Translations under genes and position numbers: made by a program
Part shown: one piece after another, positions 1 to 41,620 of the stretch
How the letters are laid out: each line of letters starts with the position of its first letter
How positions within the stretch are numbered: the first letter of the stretch is position 1
The notes under the pieces: generated by a model
Database searches by the model: none
Told to the model about the DNA's origin: nothing
What the model saw: the letters and a program-made list of their open reading frames with translations, nothing else
Assembly: GCF_009914755.1 (NCBI RefSeq)
Contig: NC_060933.1
Source: the human T2T-CHM13v2.0 reference genome, Homo sapiens
Direction: 5' to 3' (one strand)
Length of the DNA: 64,000 nucleotides

Positions 1-183
1 GCCTCCCGTGTAGCTGGGATTACAGGCATGCGCCACCATGCCTGGCTAATTTTTGTATTTTTAGTAGAAATGGGGTTTCACCATGTTGGCCAGGCTGGTC
101 TTGAACTCCTGACCTCAACTGATCTGCCCACCTCAGCCTCTCATAGTGCTAGGATTACAGGTATGAGCCAGCATGCCTGGCCA
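1..183 (-). mobile_element. Alu (S-type), cut by the window edge
   Basis: Reverse-complement Alu left arm and linker. Confidence 0.92.
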
Positions 184-265
184 GGGTCTTCTTTTAAGGC
201 ATCAAAGCCCAAATAACTTACAAGATGTTAACAAATACATGACATTAATGAATACTCTATCAGAG

Positions 266-2369
266 CACTAGGGACTGAATGCTGGTGTCCCCCATTAAAT
301 TCACATGTTGAAAATCTAATCTCCAGTGTGATGGCATTTGAAGCTGGAACCTTCATAAATGGGATTAGTACCTTTACAATAAGAAATAAGGGAGAGATGG
401 TTTCTCCCTCCACCATGTGAACATATAGCAAGAAGGCATTCATCTGCAAACCATGAAGAAGAATCAGCTAGCACCTTGGAACCTCATCAGGAACTTAATT
501 GTCTAGCACCTTTATCTTGGACTTCCCTGCCTCCAGAACTGTGAGAAATATATTTGTTGTCTAAGCCACCCAGTTTATGGTATTTTGTTATAGCAGCCAA
601 GCTAAGACAGCAATTAGTACCAAGAAGTGTGGTGATGCTATAACGAATATATAAAGATGTGGAAGCAGCTTTGACGTTAGGTAACAGATAGAAGCTGGAA
701 GAGTTTTGAGGTACTAGAGTACCTGGAAGAGTACTGGAAGAGTTTTGAGGTACTAGTTTTTTTGCTAGAAAAAGCCAGTATTGCCATGAAGGGATTGATA
801 GAGGTGATTTTGGTGAGGGCTCAAAGAGAAGAGGGTGGGAGAGAAAGCCTCCATCTTCATAGAGAACACGTAAATCACCATGAAGATAATGTTGGTAGAC
901 ATGGACAATAAAGGCCATTCTGATGAAGTCTCAAATGAAAATGAGGAACCTGTTATGGGAAACTGGAAGAAAGGTGATCTTTGTTATAATATGCCAAAGA
1001 ACTTGGATGATTGTGTTCATGTTCTAGTGTTTTGTGGAAAGTAAAATTGTGAGCCATGAAATTAGATATTGAACTGAAGAGATCTCCAACCAGTGTTGAA
1101 GGAGTGCCTCGGTTTATCTTGACTGCTTAAAGTAAAATGTGACAAAAAATGAAGACAGAATTCTTAACAAAAACGGAACCACAACTTAAAAGATGTGGGA
1201 AATTATCAGTCTGTCTGCATTACAAAAAGATAAGAAAACACGTTTGGTAGAGAACACTAAGAGTGTAGCAGACCAGTCATCCAATTAGATTTATGTGGGT
1301 GTGAACCACAGACCTAATCAGCCACCCCAGCAGGAACACTGCTAGTTTGTATTGAAAGGAATGGAGATGGGACAGAATGAGGGAAGACTGTTGGACTTCT
1401 TGAATTTGGGACCATAGAGCTATTCAGCTGTGAATGTACACTATTCTTCAAGAAAAGGAGAAACTGACCCGGAACAATGATTCAGAGAACATCAGTGGTA
1501 CCTTCTCAGTTTCAAAAGGGGCAGTCATTGCCTTGGTTTCAACAGGCCTGACAGCTTCCGCCTGGTGATATGGGGGTCATCCTCCTCCAACATAGTCCTG
1601 GGGGCAATACCTCTGCCTCATTGGGTCCTGAAGCCAGAGTATCAGGCCAAAGAGGATTATTACTAAGACTGAAGATCTCATGGTGTTTGCCTTGCTAGGT
1701 TTTGCACTTGCTGGGGACCCATTACACCTTCCTTTTTTCCTGTTTCTTGCTTTGGGAATAGGAATGTCCACCCTTTGTGTGTCCCACCATTGTACTGTGG
1801 AAGCACATAACTTGTTTCATTTCACAAGTTCAAAGCTGGAAAGGAATTTTACCTCAGGATGAATTCTACCTTGAATCTCACCCACATCTGATTTAGATGA
1901 GACTTTGGACTTTAGAGTTGATGCAGGAATGAGTTAAGACTTTTGAGGCTGTCGAGATGGAATGTATGTATTTTGCATGTGAGGAGGACATGAATTTTGT
2001 AGGACCAGGTACAGAATGCTATGGAGTGAATCTTTGTGTTCCCCCAAAATTCATGTGTTAAGCCCTAACCTCCAATATGATGGTATTTGGAGGTGGGGCC
2101 ATTGGGAGGTAATTAGATCATGAGGGTAGAGCCCTCATGAATGGGGTTAGTGCCATTATAAGAGACATAAGAGAGTTGATCTCTCTCTCATGTGAGGACA
2201 AAGAAGGACATCTATCTGCAAACTGGGAAGAGGGCCCTCACCAGAAACTGCATTAGCTGATGCCTTGATCCTGAGCGGAATTCCCAGCCTCCAGAACTGT
2301 GAGAAGCGTTTGCTGTTGTTTAAGCCATTCGGTTTATGGTGTTCTATTATAGCAACCTGAGCTAAGACA
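266..2369 (+). mobile_element. MaLR element (MLT1A/MST-type) with two LTRs (~266-609 and ~2017-2369) and internal region
   Basis: Two similar LTRs containing CCTCCAGAACTGTGAGAA and ending GCTAAGACA flank ~1.4 kb of MaLR-internal-like sequence. Confidence 0.75.
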
Positions 2370-2851
2370 TAGGGCTTGGAAAGATATTTAATTTTCTAAA
2401 CATATCTAATGTTTAGGGTGAGTATTATTAGATCTGAAGACAGACATCTGTCTATGAAATATGTTATTCTAGGCAAATGTGGAATATATTTTCCATCCCT
2501 CTTCTCCTACAGATCTATTTGGGAACTTGGAAGTGAAAAAGAATACATGTAATTTAGGTTATCAAGTTTGGTTTCTTAATTTAATTGAATCTATTGCAGC
2601 TAATCTCCTATTTCTCATTAAACTTACAGGAAAATAATCAGACTTCATACAATGTAAGTATAACTTGTATAAAATCCAAATGAAGCAGGAATTTTGGTGA
2701 AGCAGGGTATGGAGAATATATATGTCTTAAAAATACAATGTGTGAAAAACATAGCCTGTTATGTCTAGAGTTTTGGGGGTATGTGCAGTTATTTCATGTA
2801 ATGGATTTTTGTCAAATACAAGGTATTTTTCCACCAGAATACTTCCTGTGT

Positions 2852-2857
2852 TTTATT
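2852..2857 (-). terminator. Candidate proximal polyadenylation signal AATAAA of HACD4
   Basis: TTTATT on the + strand, ~56 nt downstream of the stop codon; usage not shown by sequence. Confidence 0.45.
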
Positions 2858-2912
2858 TACTGCACTGAATCCACAGCCTGTCTTTTCTCGTGTCACACTG
2901 GAATGCTGTACT

Positions 2913-27467
<24,555 letters not shown>

Positions 27468-27891
27468 GGGCCGCCGCCGCCAGGGCTTCCAGCGCGGTCC
27501 AGGAAGGAGTACCGGGGAGGAGGCAGGGGCGGCCCCGCGGCTGGGCGCGGAAGGGCGGGGCCTCTCCACACTCAGCAGTTTACAAAAAGAAAAAGCCCGA
27601 GGTCGTGCGTTGGGGAAGAGATGAAAACGAAGTTCTCGAAGTTTCTGCAGCACTGCTAGAGCGCGTCAGGGCGCAAGGCTGGGAGGCGGCTCGCGTTCCC
27701 GGTGGGGTTACCAAACTCTGGTTACAGCTTCCTAATCTTTGTGTTGAGACCCCCTTGCAAGCCTTCTGGAAATTAATGCATCTGGGCGATTTCCGGGGCC
27801 TCCGAACTCGCTGAAGCCCGTCCCCAAACCTCCCGAGATGAGTGGATTCCAGGGTGGGCTCTGCTCAATGCCCACCGGTGAGCCAGGTTCA

Positions 27892-28239
<348 letters not shown>

Positions 28240-31200
28240 TCAGCTAGGGGCCTGATTCCTCTTCTATCAGGCCTCCCTGCTCTCTAATCTCCCTTGGGTT
28301 ATCACTGGTGCCTGCAAATCTTTATTCACGTTGTGTTAATTTCTCTAGCCTATGCCCAGCACTGCTACAACCCCTTCGTGATCTCTCAGGCTTATGACAT
28401 CACTGTCTCCGTACACAGATGACCCACCCTCCTGCTTTGCTAATAAGATCCAGCCCATCTTCAAGCTCCTCTGCCCAGAAAGGGAAACGTTAAAACAAAA
28501 ACAGAAACATCTAAGAAGGCACTTGCAAGTAAGTGGGACAATGGCACCTGGTTTTGGAGTTGGAAGTTAGCGCCCCCATTTTTACCAAAAGGGAAGTTGA
28601 GGCATTAAAAAAATGTTAAGTCACTTGGCACAGGTCACACAATTGATAAAATGGCAGTATCAGAACTTCAAGGTTGGTGGGATTTCTTGTTTGTTTCCCA
28701 TTAGGCCGTGGCTTCCTTTTTTCATAGTCCATTCCATTCACTATGCCTACCTCTCACCTCTACATTTCTCTGCACCTTCTCTCATACCCTGCCCTCAGTC
28801 GGAGGTTAACCCCAACTTTGTGTTTACCAGTCCCTTCTCAGACTCACTGCATCAGTAGTTAACCATCGCCTCTTCTTGCATCGTCATCCCCTCCTTTCCA
28901 TTGGCTTTCACTGCACTTTAGGGACATAGACAACTCTCTCTTAGCATATAATTAAACATTGTATTCTTTCTGTTTCTCTCTCAATGGAATCTTCTAATAA
29001 CTCCCTGCCTGCCTTCTCTGATCAGGTGCTTCTTTCATTTCCTACCATCTTCCTGTTCCATAATACCTTACAGTTTGACTCTCCTGACACTGCTCCGTCC
29101 GCGAGCATGTTAATTTTTCGCCGAATCCCTATCCTGTATCACCTTGCAGGATGATGCCCCACGGTCCTTGCTTTTACAGAACATTTGATCTAAAGGGTAA
29201 ACTGGTGGCTAACCCATTATCAATGCTATCTCTGATCAGGTTAAGCAGCAAGAGAGAAAGTAAAGTCCCAGATGGCCTGCAGTGGGGCAGGAGGGAGAAG
29301 GTGGAAAGCCTGCCCAGAAGAATTGATCCTTTGTCACCAAACACAGCCCCTGCATCCACATCCTCATTGACAGGTCTGCTGCATTTTACCAGTTCTGTCT
29401 GTCTGCCATTTACCCCTGAAGTTCTACATATTCTACGTCTCTTGCCTTATGTCCCTTCTGTCTCTCTGGATGGGTCTTCTTCTCCTGCTGTATTTCCTCA
29501 AAAGTCTGCCCTTAGTCACCATCCATTTGTCACCATGTTATCCCTCAGCATAGACAACCACACATGGCTTTATCTCCATGTGGACAACTTTTGACTATTA
29601 TTTTCAGCCCTTTCTTCTTTTATGAATACTATCTCTGGCCTTTGAGCAGCTTTTGGATATTTCCTCATGAAAGTCCTATTGTTTGGACTATCTTTGGAAC
29701 GTCTTCCAATTCAACCTATTTAAAATAAGCATACTATCTCTCTTCCTAAATCATTATTTCCCACAGAAAGACCACCATTTTTCTAGCCACTTGATTTTAA
29801 ATTGGGGAGTCATCATTAAGCACCCCATCCAATCAAATTCGATTGATCCCATCCTTTCCAGATCTCCTACTAATCAGTAGTGTTCTTTGTCCATTCCTTA
29901 TTTTCCAGTACCTGGGTGAGGAGTAATTGGCCTCCCTCACATCCATTCTTTACATCATAACTCAGTTGACTTTCTGGAGCGTCTTGGGTTATATCTTTCT
30001 GCTGCACAAAAAGAGGCCCTTTTTAGTTGCCAAAAAAGAACAAGCCAATCAGTCGAAAAATAAAAAATCCTTTCAAATCAAGCAGTTAGCTGATTCTACG
30101 TTATTTCCCAAGGAAAGAGTACAAAAAGAGCTTAGGAGAGAACATTTTGTATGAAAAGTGAAATTCTCCCTTTCCCCTGGTCAGTTCCCAGTCCTGCCCA
30201 CGTCCTGCCAGCATTATCAAGATGGCCTCCCCCAGCCTCCCTGCCTCCAATCTCTTTCCTCCTTCTACCCAGACTGCCATAGATTATTTAAGGATGGCAA
30301 AAATATTTCTTAAAACACAGTTCTGATGTAGCCATTCTCCTGGTCTAAATCTTTTGCTGACTCCCCGTTGCCTGCTACAGTATATCTCTTCTTGCCCCTA
30401 AACCTGTCACATGCTGACATCTCCTACCATCCTATCCCCTTACCAAAAATCACAGCAACCTGCTGTTCCATGACCACACCAGGCATTCTCTGGCCAATGT
30501 GCCTCTGTGAAAAATTTCCCGTCTACTTTTTCTATTCTACCTCCTCCCCTTATCACAGCCCAGTACTTACCTGTCAAAATTCTATTCATTCTTTAAAAGC
30601 CTTCCCAAAGATCCCCTCTGGGAGTCACATAGGCTAACGTATGTCTATGTTGGTATTTATCTTAGGGTATTGTTGTTGTCAAGGTACTTGACTATTTAAC
30701 TAGATTATAGATTCTCAGAGGCTTCTCTCTCACTAACAGTGAGAATTTGACAACTTTTAACCTTTAAAAATGAAGTTTCTTTTGCCAAAAGCACACAGTT
30801 ATTAGAAAGATCAAATAATAAAATTTATAGATGAAAATGGATAAAAGCCCCTAGTACAGTGCTTGGCATAGTAAGTATCCATAAATATGTTGGATGAATG
30901 AATTAAATCTAGTATGAGTTTTCTATTCCCAAAATTTTAACCCAAAACAAAACATTCAGTGATAGTTACATTACTGAAGTATGTATATTCAACTTTCAGT
31001 TATCCACTGGTACAGAAGAAGTCAGAGTCCAAGATAACAACTGAATTAATATATTCTAATCTTTAGAAGAAATTTTAAAATTATTCGAACATGTCAATTT
31101 TGTTTTCCTTGGGCAAATGCTTCAATTTGTTTTCATCCCAAAGAGCACCATCTGGGAGGCTAAAACCTTGAAATATATTTCATGGCAGTAACAGACTGGC

Positions 31201-31264
31201 TACAAAATAAATTCTTTTTTATTTTCAGCACCTTGAGTTTTCAGAGGTCACTCCTCTCCCTCAA

Positions 31265-32200
31265 AGAAAACACAGAATAAAACTCTTTGTGACCTTGGGT
31301 TAGGTAGAGATTTCTTAGGTATTTCATCTAAGAAGCCCTCTTAGATAGCTAAGCAAGCATTTCTTAGCTACTTCTGGCCTTCAAAAGACACTTTCAAGTG
31401 AGTGAAAAGAAGCTATATAGTAGAAGAAAATATTTAAAAATCGCATAACTAATAAAGAACTTGTTTGCAAATATATACAGAACTCTCAAAACTCAATAAT
31501 TGGAAGACAATAAACCCCCCCAAAATAGGCAAAAGATTTGAAAACACACATAACCAAGTAAGAGACAAAGAAAGAACATAAAAGTATGGTCAAAATAATT
31601 AGTAATTATGGAAATGAAAATAAAACCACAATGAGATATCGCTACACACTGATAAAGATGGCTAAGATGAAAAAGAGTTAACCACCACAAGTGTTAGTGA
31701 AGATGTGCCACAATGGGGATTCTCATAAGCAGCTTTATTTTTAATAGCCAAAAACTGAAAACAACCCAAATTTCCATAAACAGATGAATGGATAAATAAA
31801 TTATGGCATAACTGTACAATGAAATCCAACTCAGCAGTAAAAAGAAGTGAACTACTGATACAAGCAATAACATGGATGAAATTCAAAATAATCAAACTGA
31901 ATGTCAGAAGCCAGAAAAAAAAAGAATAGATACTGTATGATTCTACTTATTTAAGGCTCTAGAAAGTGGAAACTAATCATCACTGATAGAAGGAAAATAA
32001 GTGGCTGTCTGAGGATAGATAGTGAAGAGGAATGAAAAAAGGGAGGGATTGCAAAGGAGCATGAGAGGTGGAAATGTTAATTGTTTTGCTTGTGGTGAGG
32101 TTTTTCAGGCATGTATCTATCTTAAAACTTATCAGTTTAAATTGATTCAGTTTATTGCAGTTTAGTATATGTTAGTTACACCTCAATAGAGCTGTTAATA
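31265..32200 (+). mobile_element. Old L1 (L1MC/ME-like) 3' fragment
   Basis: AAAACCACAATGAGATA, AAACTGAAAACAACCCAAAT, L1 3'UTR-like end. Confidence 0.65.
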
Positions 32201-32891
32201 CACTAACACACTAATATTTAACACACTAATATTTATAAAGAGAAATGTAGGGTTTTCTGTTTTGAATAACTTTTATTATTGCTTATGATATAACATCCTG
32301 TGATTTTCAAGGGAAAAGTAAACAATACAAAACAAGATTTTTCAATAAAAAGAAACTCAGTATGCTCCAGGGCAGACTCTTTGATTTATTGCCCTTCTCC
32401 CCAAGGCACCTTAGCGTATGGCATTTACACAATCTGCAGTTGGTGAATACTGGGTCGCAGACCTGTACATATAGGCCCCTGGGTTGTCTTTTAGTTCATG
32501 ATAGCTTCTTGAGGGGCTTACTTGCACTGGTGTCTGTACACTAGGTGTATCCTCATTCAATATGTTGATAGTAACCTAGGCCCACTTAATACCAATTAAA
32601 GACCCCCTATCACCTCCTGTCTTCTCTCCTTCCCTTGACAGTCTTCCTTTCCATCCCCAGGCCTCCATTCGTTCTTCATTCTCTCTGCCATCTCCTCATC
32701 CCCCTGGCAGTTCATTCGGAAACTTCTGTGCAGGCACTGCCCTGTCTCTCCCACATTGTGCCCTGAATTTGGTGCTACCCTAAGAGCTCACAGGTTTCCC
32801 TGCATCTGCCTGAGAAAGGACACTAAACCTATGGCATGTGATTCTTCCTCTTGGCTTAGGATATTTCTATTACCACATCTCTGTTCTTGTA

Positions 32892-33038
32892 GCAGGGCTG
32901 GGGTAGATGAGGCTAGCAGGGCACCTAGGGTACAGACTTTGAGGAGGAGCTCCCCTTCAGCCTTGCAATACTGAGAGGGGGTGCCTGCTTAAATTTTGCA
33001 ACTTAGGCATCTCCTATTCTCACTAAGTCCCTGCCCTA
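32892..33038. mobile_element. MER91-like hAT element
   Basis: CAGGGCTGGGG...GCACCTAGGGT...AAATTTTGCA...CCCTGCCCT. Confidence 0.5.
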
Positions 33039-33526
33039 ATTTGTGGTTTTGGTTTAGGCCTGGGGTAGGGAGCTGGGGAGAGGGAATAGGGGCTTTGCTA
33101 TGTAGATCTTTCCATTCTATATGCTTTTTAAAAATTCTACATTCCATTTTGCCATGCTTCCTTTTTTAGAATATCTTTCCTCCTATCCTAGAAACCTTGC
33201 TACTAATTCCCTAGGCAGGAATGTCTCCCCGTATTTTCATATCCTAGGTTTTTGTTCCCTGTGGCTTATTGTAAAACTCAATCCACAGCTCTCTAAGCTT
33301 TGCTATCCTAAAAAGAGTCTTTGGGGGAACTGAGAAATTCCTTTTATTCAAAGCCAGTGCTTCACTGGGGACTGCAAGAGCCCACTTTGATAGGTAAAAG
33401 CCCAGCATGAAACCATTTCATTCCTTTACATTCTTCCTACCACAAGCCAAATTTCCTGAGGCAAAAAGGATGATTCTGGCAGGCTAGGAAGGTCATGCAA
33501 AGAGATGCAAAAAGAAAATCATATTA

Positions 33527-33800
33527 CGGTCATCCCTTGGTATCCATGGGGGATTGGTTCCAGGACAGGCTACCTGCCCCACTCCAAGATACCACAGTCC
33601 AGAATTCTCAAGCCCGTTATATAAGAGGACATAATTGCATATAACCTACACACATTCTCCCATATGCTTTCAATCTAGATTACTTGTAATATTTAATACC
33701 ATGTACACATTATATAAATAGTTGTGATATATTTTTTAATTTTTTTCCCAAGTATTTTCCATCTGCAGTTACAGAACTCTCAGATATGGAGAGCCAACTG
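33527..33800. mobile_element. MER2-like TcMar-Tigger element
   Basis: TA|CGGTCATCCCTTGGTATCCATGGGGGATTGGTTCCAGGAC...GCCAACTG|TA. Confidence 0.8.
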
Positions 33801-34227
33801 TAATATGTTTCAAAACTGTTATTCCTGCTATATATAGTTAAGGTTTTATTTAAATTCACAATTTTCATTTCTATATATTCTTGTTCAACATCATTGCCTA
33901 CGATTACTGAAAATGACTTTTCTTAGGTTAACTCACCTTATAAACTGCTTAGAAGAATCACTCAGAGAAAAACAAGTTATATGCTAATTTTTTAGAGTTT
34001 AGTTTTTTGGTGATGGGAACATTATTTGGGTTGCAGATATAAGTAGTTTCAAAAGAAGATAACTTTTATAGTATCTCAGATAAAATCATTTGTGTTATAT
34101 TCTGGTCATTATTAAAGGCAGTGTTGCTTTTTGGTAGTCTAAGGTAAGAGGTTTTCTAATGAGCCTGTAAGAATTTAAGAGTTTGTAATTGTATGATATA
34201 CACACAGTCAAGAAGCAAAACGGCAAC

Positions 34228-34365
34228 TTTTTTTTTTTTTTTTCTAGTAGAGACTGAGTCTTGCTATGTTGCTTAGGCTGGTCTTGAACTCCTGGGCTCA
34301 AGTGATCCTCCCACCTCAGCCTCCTGAGTAACTGGGATTACAGGCATGAGTCACTGTGACTGGCC
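34228..34365 (-). mobile_element. Alu monomer (FLAM-like)
   Basis: Single Alu arm with T tail. Confidence 0.8.
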
Positions 34366-34478
34366 CCTGCAACATCTTTTGTAATCTATTTTTGAATAAG
34401 GAAAGTTAAAAAACAAAGAGGTAAAATTAAAAGACATGATCTAAGCATTTAAAATTAATTTGTCTAAAAGTTATTGAA

Positions 34479-34575
34479 AGCCAGGCATTGTTGCTTATGC
34501 CGGTAATCCCAGCAACTGTGGAGGCTGAGGTGGGAGGATTGCTTGAGTCCTGGAGTTCAAGACCAGCCTCTTTAA
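34479..34575 (+). mobile_element. Short Alu monomer fragment, TSD AAAAGTTATTGA
   Basis: Alu left-arm sequence; repeat at ~34466 and ~34580. Confidence 0.75.
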
Positions 34576-35008
34576 AAAGAAAAGTTATTGACTCACTGGA
34601 TGTTTAAATAGATTAACACAGTTCATATTATATACTTATATAAACTTAACAATGCTAGGAAATGCTTGTCCCCAGAAAAATATGACCAGAAACCTTTCTT
34701 CCTTGAATAATGGGTTTCTGGGATCAAGAAAAAAGATTTACTCTCCAGATTCTTTTATTCTGTATTGCCTCCTAAAGGTTGGCTATTCTCTCAATTCAGA
34801 GGGATTAGATAAGAAGATCATAAAGATTTTTATGATCTGGTTCTAATACTCTAAAATGCCATGATTAATTCAATTTCTCAAATATATGCTTTCTATAAAA
34901 GCTGTTCCTAGAAAAGCCATCAGCTGTAAATGTTGTTAATGTTTGTACTTCTTCATTCATGCTTTGGTTTTATATTTTCACTCTGCTGTTTGTGTATACT
35001 TTCCACAG

Positions 35009-35098
35009 AATTGTTTATCAAAAATATTGTGTAAGACCTGGGCCTTTATTGGCCCTAATTGTTTATCAAAATTATTGTGTAACACCTGGGCCCTTATT
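35009..35098. repeat. Tandem duplication, two 42-bp copies, period 48
   Basis: AATTGTTTATCAAAA(A/T)TATTGTGTAA(G/C)ACCTGGGCC(T/C)TTATT twice. Confidence 0.9.
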
Positions 35099-36934
35099 AT
35101 CTCCTTTGGGAGATAATAAATATAAAGGCAAAAAGACCTGGCCTCCATACTCAAGAAGATTACAGTTTAATAATTTTTATTAAATTATTCTCAGAGACAG
35201 AAATAAACAGTTACAGGAAGCAAGGAATTTTCACTCAGGAGACCTATTGGAGAGACCTGGGTTTGAGTGTAGGTTTCGCTTCTCTGTGATGTTGGAAAAG
35301 TATTAAAGCCTCTCTTGAGCCCCAGCTCCTTTATTTTTAAAGTGAAAGTAATGCTGTTACAGACCCTATTGTACTTCCTGTGTGAGGATCAACTGAGGTA
35401 ACTGTCACAGTTCAAATGATATGGAGGCCAAGGTCCTGGCAAGCCCAGCAAACAACCTGCCTGAAGCAAGTTTGAAGGTAGAGCCCTGGATGCTGCCTGT
35501 CAAATTATGTGGAGCCCCATAGAAGACAGAAAAGTGGGGGTCAAGCCATGGTAGACAAAGGAATTATCATCACAATGAAGTTCAAGAGCTTAGACCTCAA
35601 TACATTTTCTGTATTGAAACAAGGAGTCATATTATAGAAGAGGAGGTAATGAGCAGATTGGTGGGGGCGCGACAAAGGGAAGAGACGAGGTGGATTCAGA
35701 AATGGAGGGTTCTGTAAGGAATCAAAAAGTCAAGGCTGAACCCAGATAGGAATATCTGGGCTGGTTTTCTAGATAAGGATTGGCTAGACAAAAGCAGGAA
35801 GAGGAGGCAGAGAGATGTCAAAGGCAAAGTATGCTTGTATTTGCCTATTAGGCAGATAGAAAACTGATTTCGCTGTCTCTGGCTAGGTGTGTTGAAGGTA
35901 GGTAGAGACTGGGTCTCTGTAGGGTGTATCAGAGGATGGCTAGATGGCTAAATAGCATCTCTACACATTAGATACCAGGGTCAAGGGAAGAGAAAGAAAA
36001 CTTCGCCTCCTTAACATTAGTAGTGGGCTACTTAAGCTTGGCCTACTCAGTGCAGGTTAACCTTGCTTTGAGATTTAGTCGGTTAATTTTTAAGGTTTAT
36101 TAGCTTAATGTAACTACATTTAAATGTCCACTCGTCAAGTTTGTAATGGTTTCTTATCTCCTCATTAGGAATAATCTTTACTGCATATAAAACTTTTAAG
36201 ACCTCGGTGCAGATGGTTACTTGTTTTATATTGCTGGTATGAAGTTCTATTCTATATAGCTGGAGATTGCTTTAGTGGTGCCTACTGTATTGTCTGAGAG
36301 ACCAAATCCATAGATGTGCCAGCCTCAGCCCCTAGGAAGCAGCAGGCATCCTCTTAGACCAGCCTGATGAGCAGCGAAGGCATTGAGTAGAGGACCAGTA
36401 GAATTTAGTCAAGGAAGAACAGAAAAGAACTGCAAAATAGGTGCCCAAATCAGAGAGTAGCCAGGTAAGGAGCCACCAGGAGACAGAGATTTAGAAGAAA
36501 ATGGGACTAGTTCTGTTGAATCCTAATTGATGATCTTGTTGACTCCGACTTGCCTTTATGGGATGGGATAATCTCCTTCCACATTTCCAAAATGCTCTAG
36601 ATATGAGCTTTAATAAAAAAAATTTTTTTTTGGTAAAACCTTTCTCTATAAAAGCCATAACCAGTTAAAAAGAAAATAGAATTATAAATTCCATTCACAA
36701 TACTAACAAAACTATAAGATCCCTAGAAATAAAGAAGATACAGATTACTTAAGAAGGAAGATTTTTAAAAAATCATATTATAGGATATTAAAAAGGTGAA
36801 ACAGAAGGAAAAATATATCATGTTCTCAAATGGAATCCTTAATATTCTCCAAATTTAAAATTTCCCAAATTGACCTATAAATCGAAGGCAATTCCAATGA
36901 GAGTCATAAAGAGGCTTTAAAATTGAATTAAAAA

Positions 36935-37107
36935 GGCCGAGCACGGTGGCTCACGCCTGTAATCCCAGCACTTTGGGAGGCTGAGGCGGGTGGATCACAA
37001 GGTCAGGAGATCGAGACCATCCTGGCTAATACGGTGAAACCCCGTCTCTACTAAAACTACAAAAAATTAACCGGGCATGGTGACGAGATTCCATCTCAAA
37101 AAAAAAA
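36935..37107 (+). mobile_element. AluY-like element with most of the right arm deleted; TSD AAAATTGAATTAAA
   Basis: Y-type GAGATCGAGACCATCCTGGCTAA; GGCATGGTGA joined directly to CGAGATTCCATCTC. Confidence 0.88.
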
Positions 37108-37600
37108 TTGAATTAAATAATCTTAAAGTTCATACAGCATGTCTAAGAATAGCTAAGAAATTAATAAAAAAGAGGAATAGTGAGAATGACTTGAATTATA
37201 GGATAATAGATCGTAAGAAAAACATTTAAAAAAATTACAAGACAATGTATCATAGCCTCATGACATTGATATAGAAACAAACAAATTGAACAGAAAATAA
37301 ACAAGATCCCAATAATGAATTTTTTTTTATATATGGAAACTTAATGTTTGACAAAGATGAAACGTCAATTCAATGAGAAACTATTATGATCTAAGAAATG
37401 GCTTTTACATGTGGTTAATCCATCTGGAGGAAAGTAAATTTGGAAAATTACCACACACCACATAAAAGTAAAGAATTACATGTAAAGACAAAGGCAATAA
37501 AACATTTTATAAAATTTAGATGATTATCTGGACAACCTGTGTGTTAGAAAGAGCTGTTCAACCAAGATAGGATTATAGATTTTTTAATGCAAAAGAATAG

Positions 37601-37987
<387 letters not shown>

Positions 37988-38339
37988 TAATAGTCAAGGA
38001 AATAAACACTGAAGTAACAATAGCATATTTTACATCCATCAAGTTGGCAAAAAATTTAAGAAGCTGTAACACTTTCTGCTAATAGGGATAAAATGAGTTA
38101 GCACCAATCCAGCGCATTTGGTGAAATTTGGTGAAAAAACGAGATATGACCAGGTAGAATATATGCATCATACCGTCCCATCCCATTTTTGTAAAACAGT
38201 GATTTACACACCGCAAGAAATACACACAAACAGTTGCAAGATGGTCATTAGTCACAAAATAAATATCACAGTTTCAAATACTATTGACAGTAGGCCATCT
38301 TCAGGGAATAAGTTGGCCCATTTAATGTTTTTTCCTTTT

Positions 38340-41620
<3,281 letters not shown>

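Noticed and set aside
27620-27635. GAAAACGAAGT as an ISRE in the HACD4 promoter
   Set aside because: The second half-site is imperfect and a single weak match is not enough.
29151-29594. 147-aa ORF, and similar 60-143-aa ORFs in LTR, L2 and Alu sequence
   Set aside because: No family resemblance or splice-consistent structure; many lie inside repeats.
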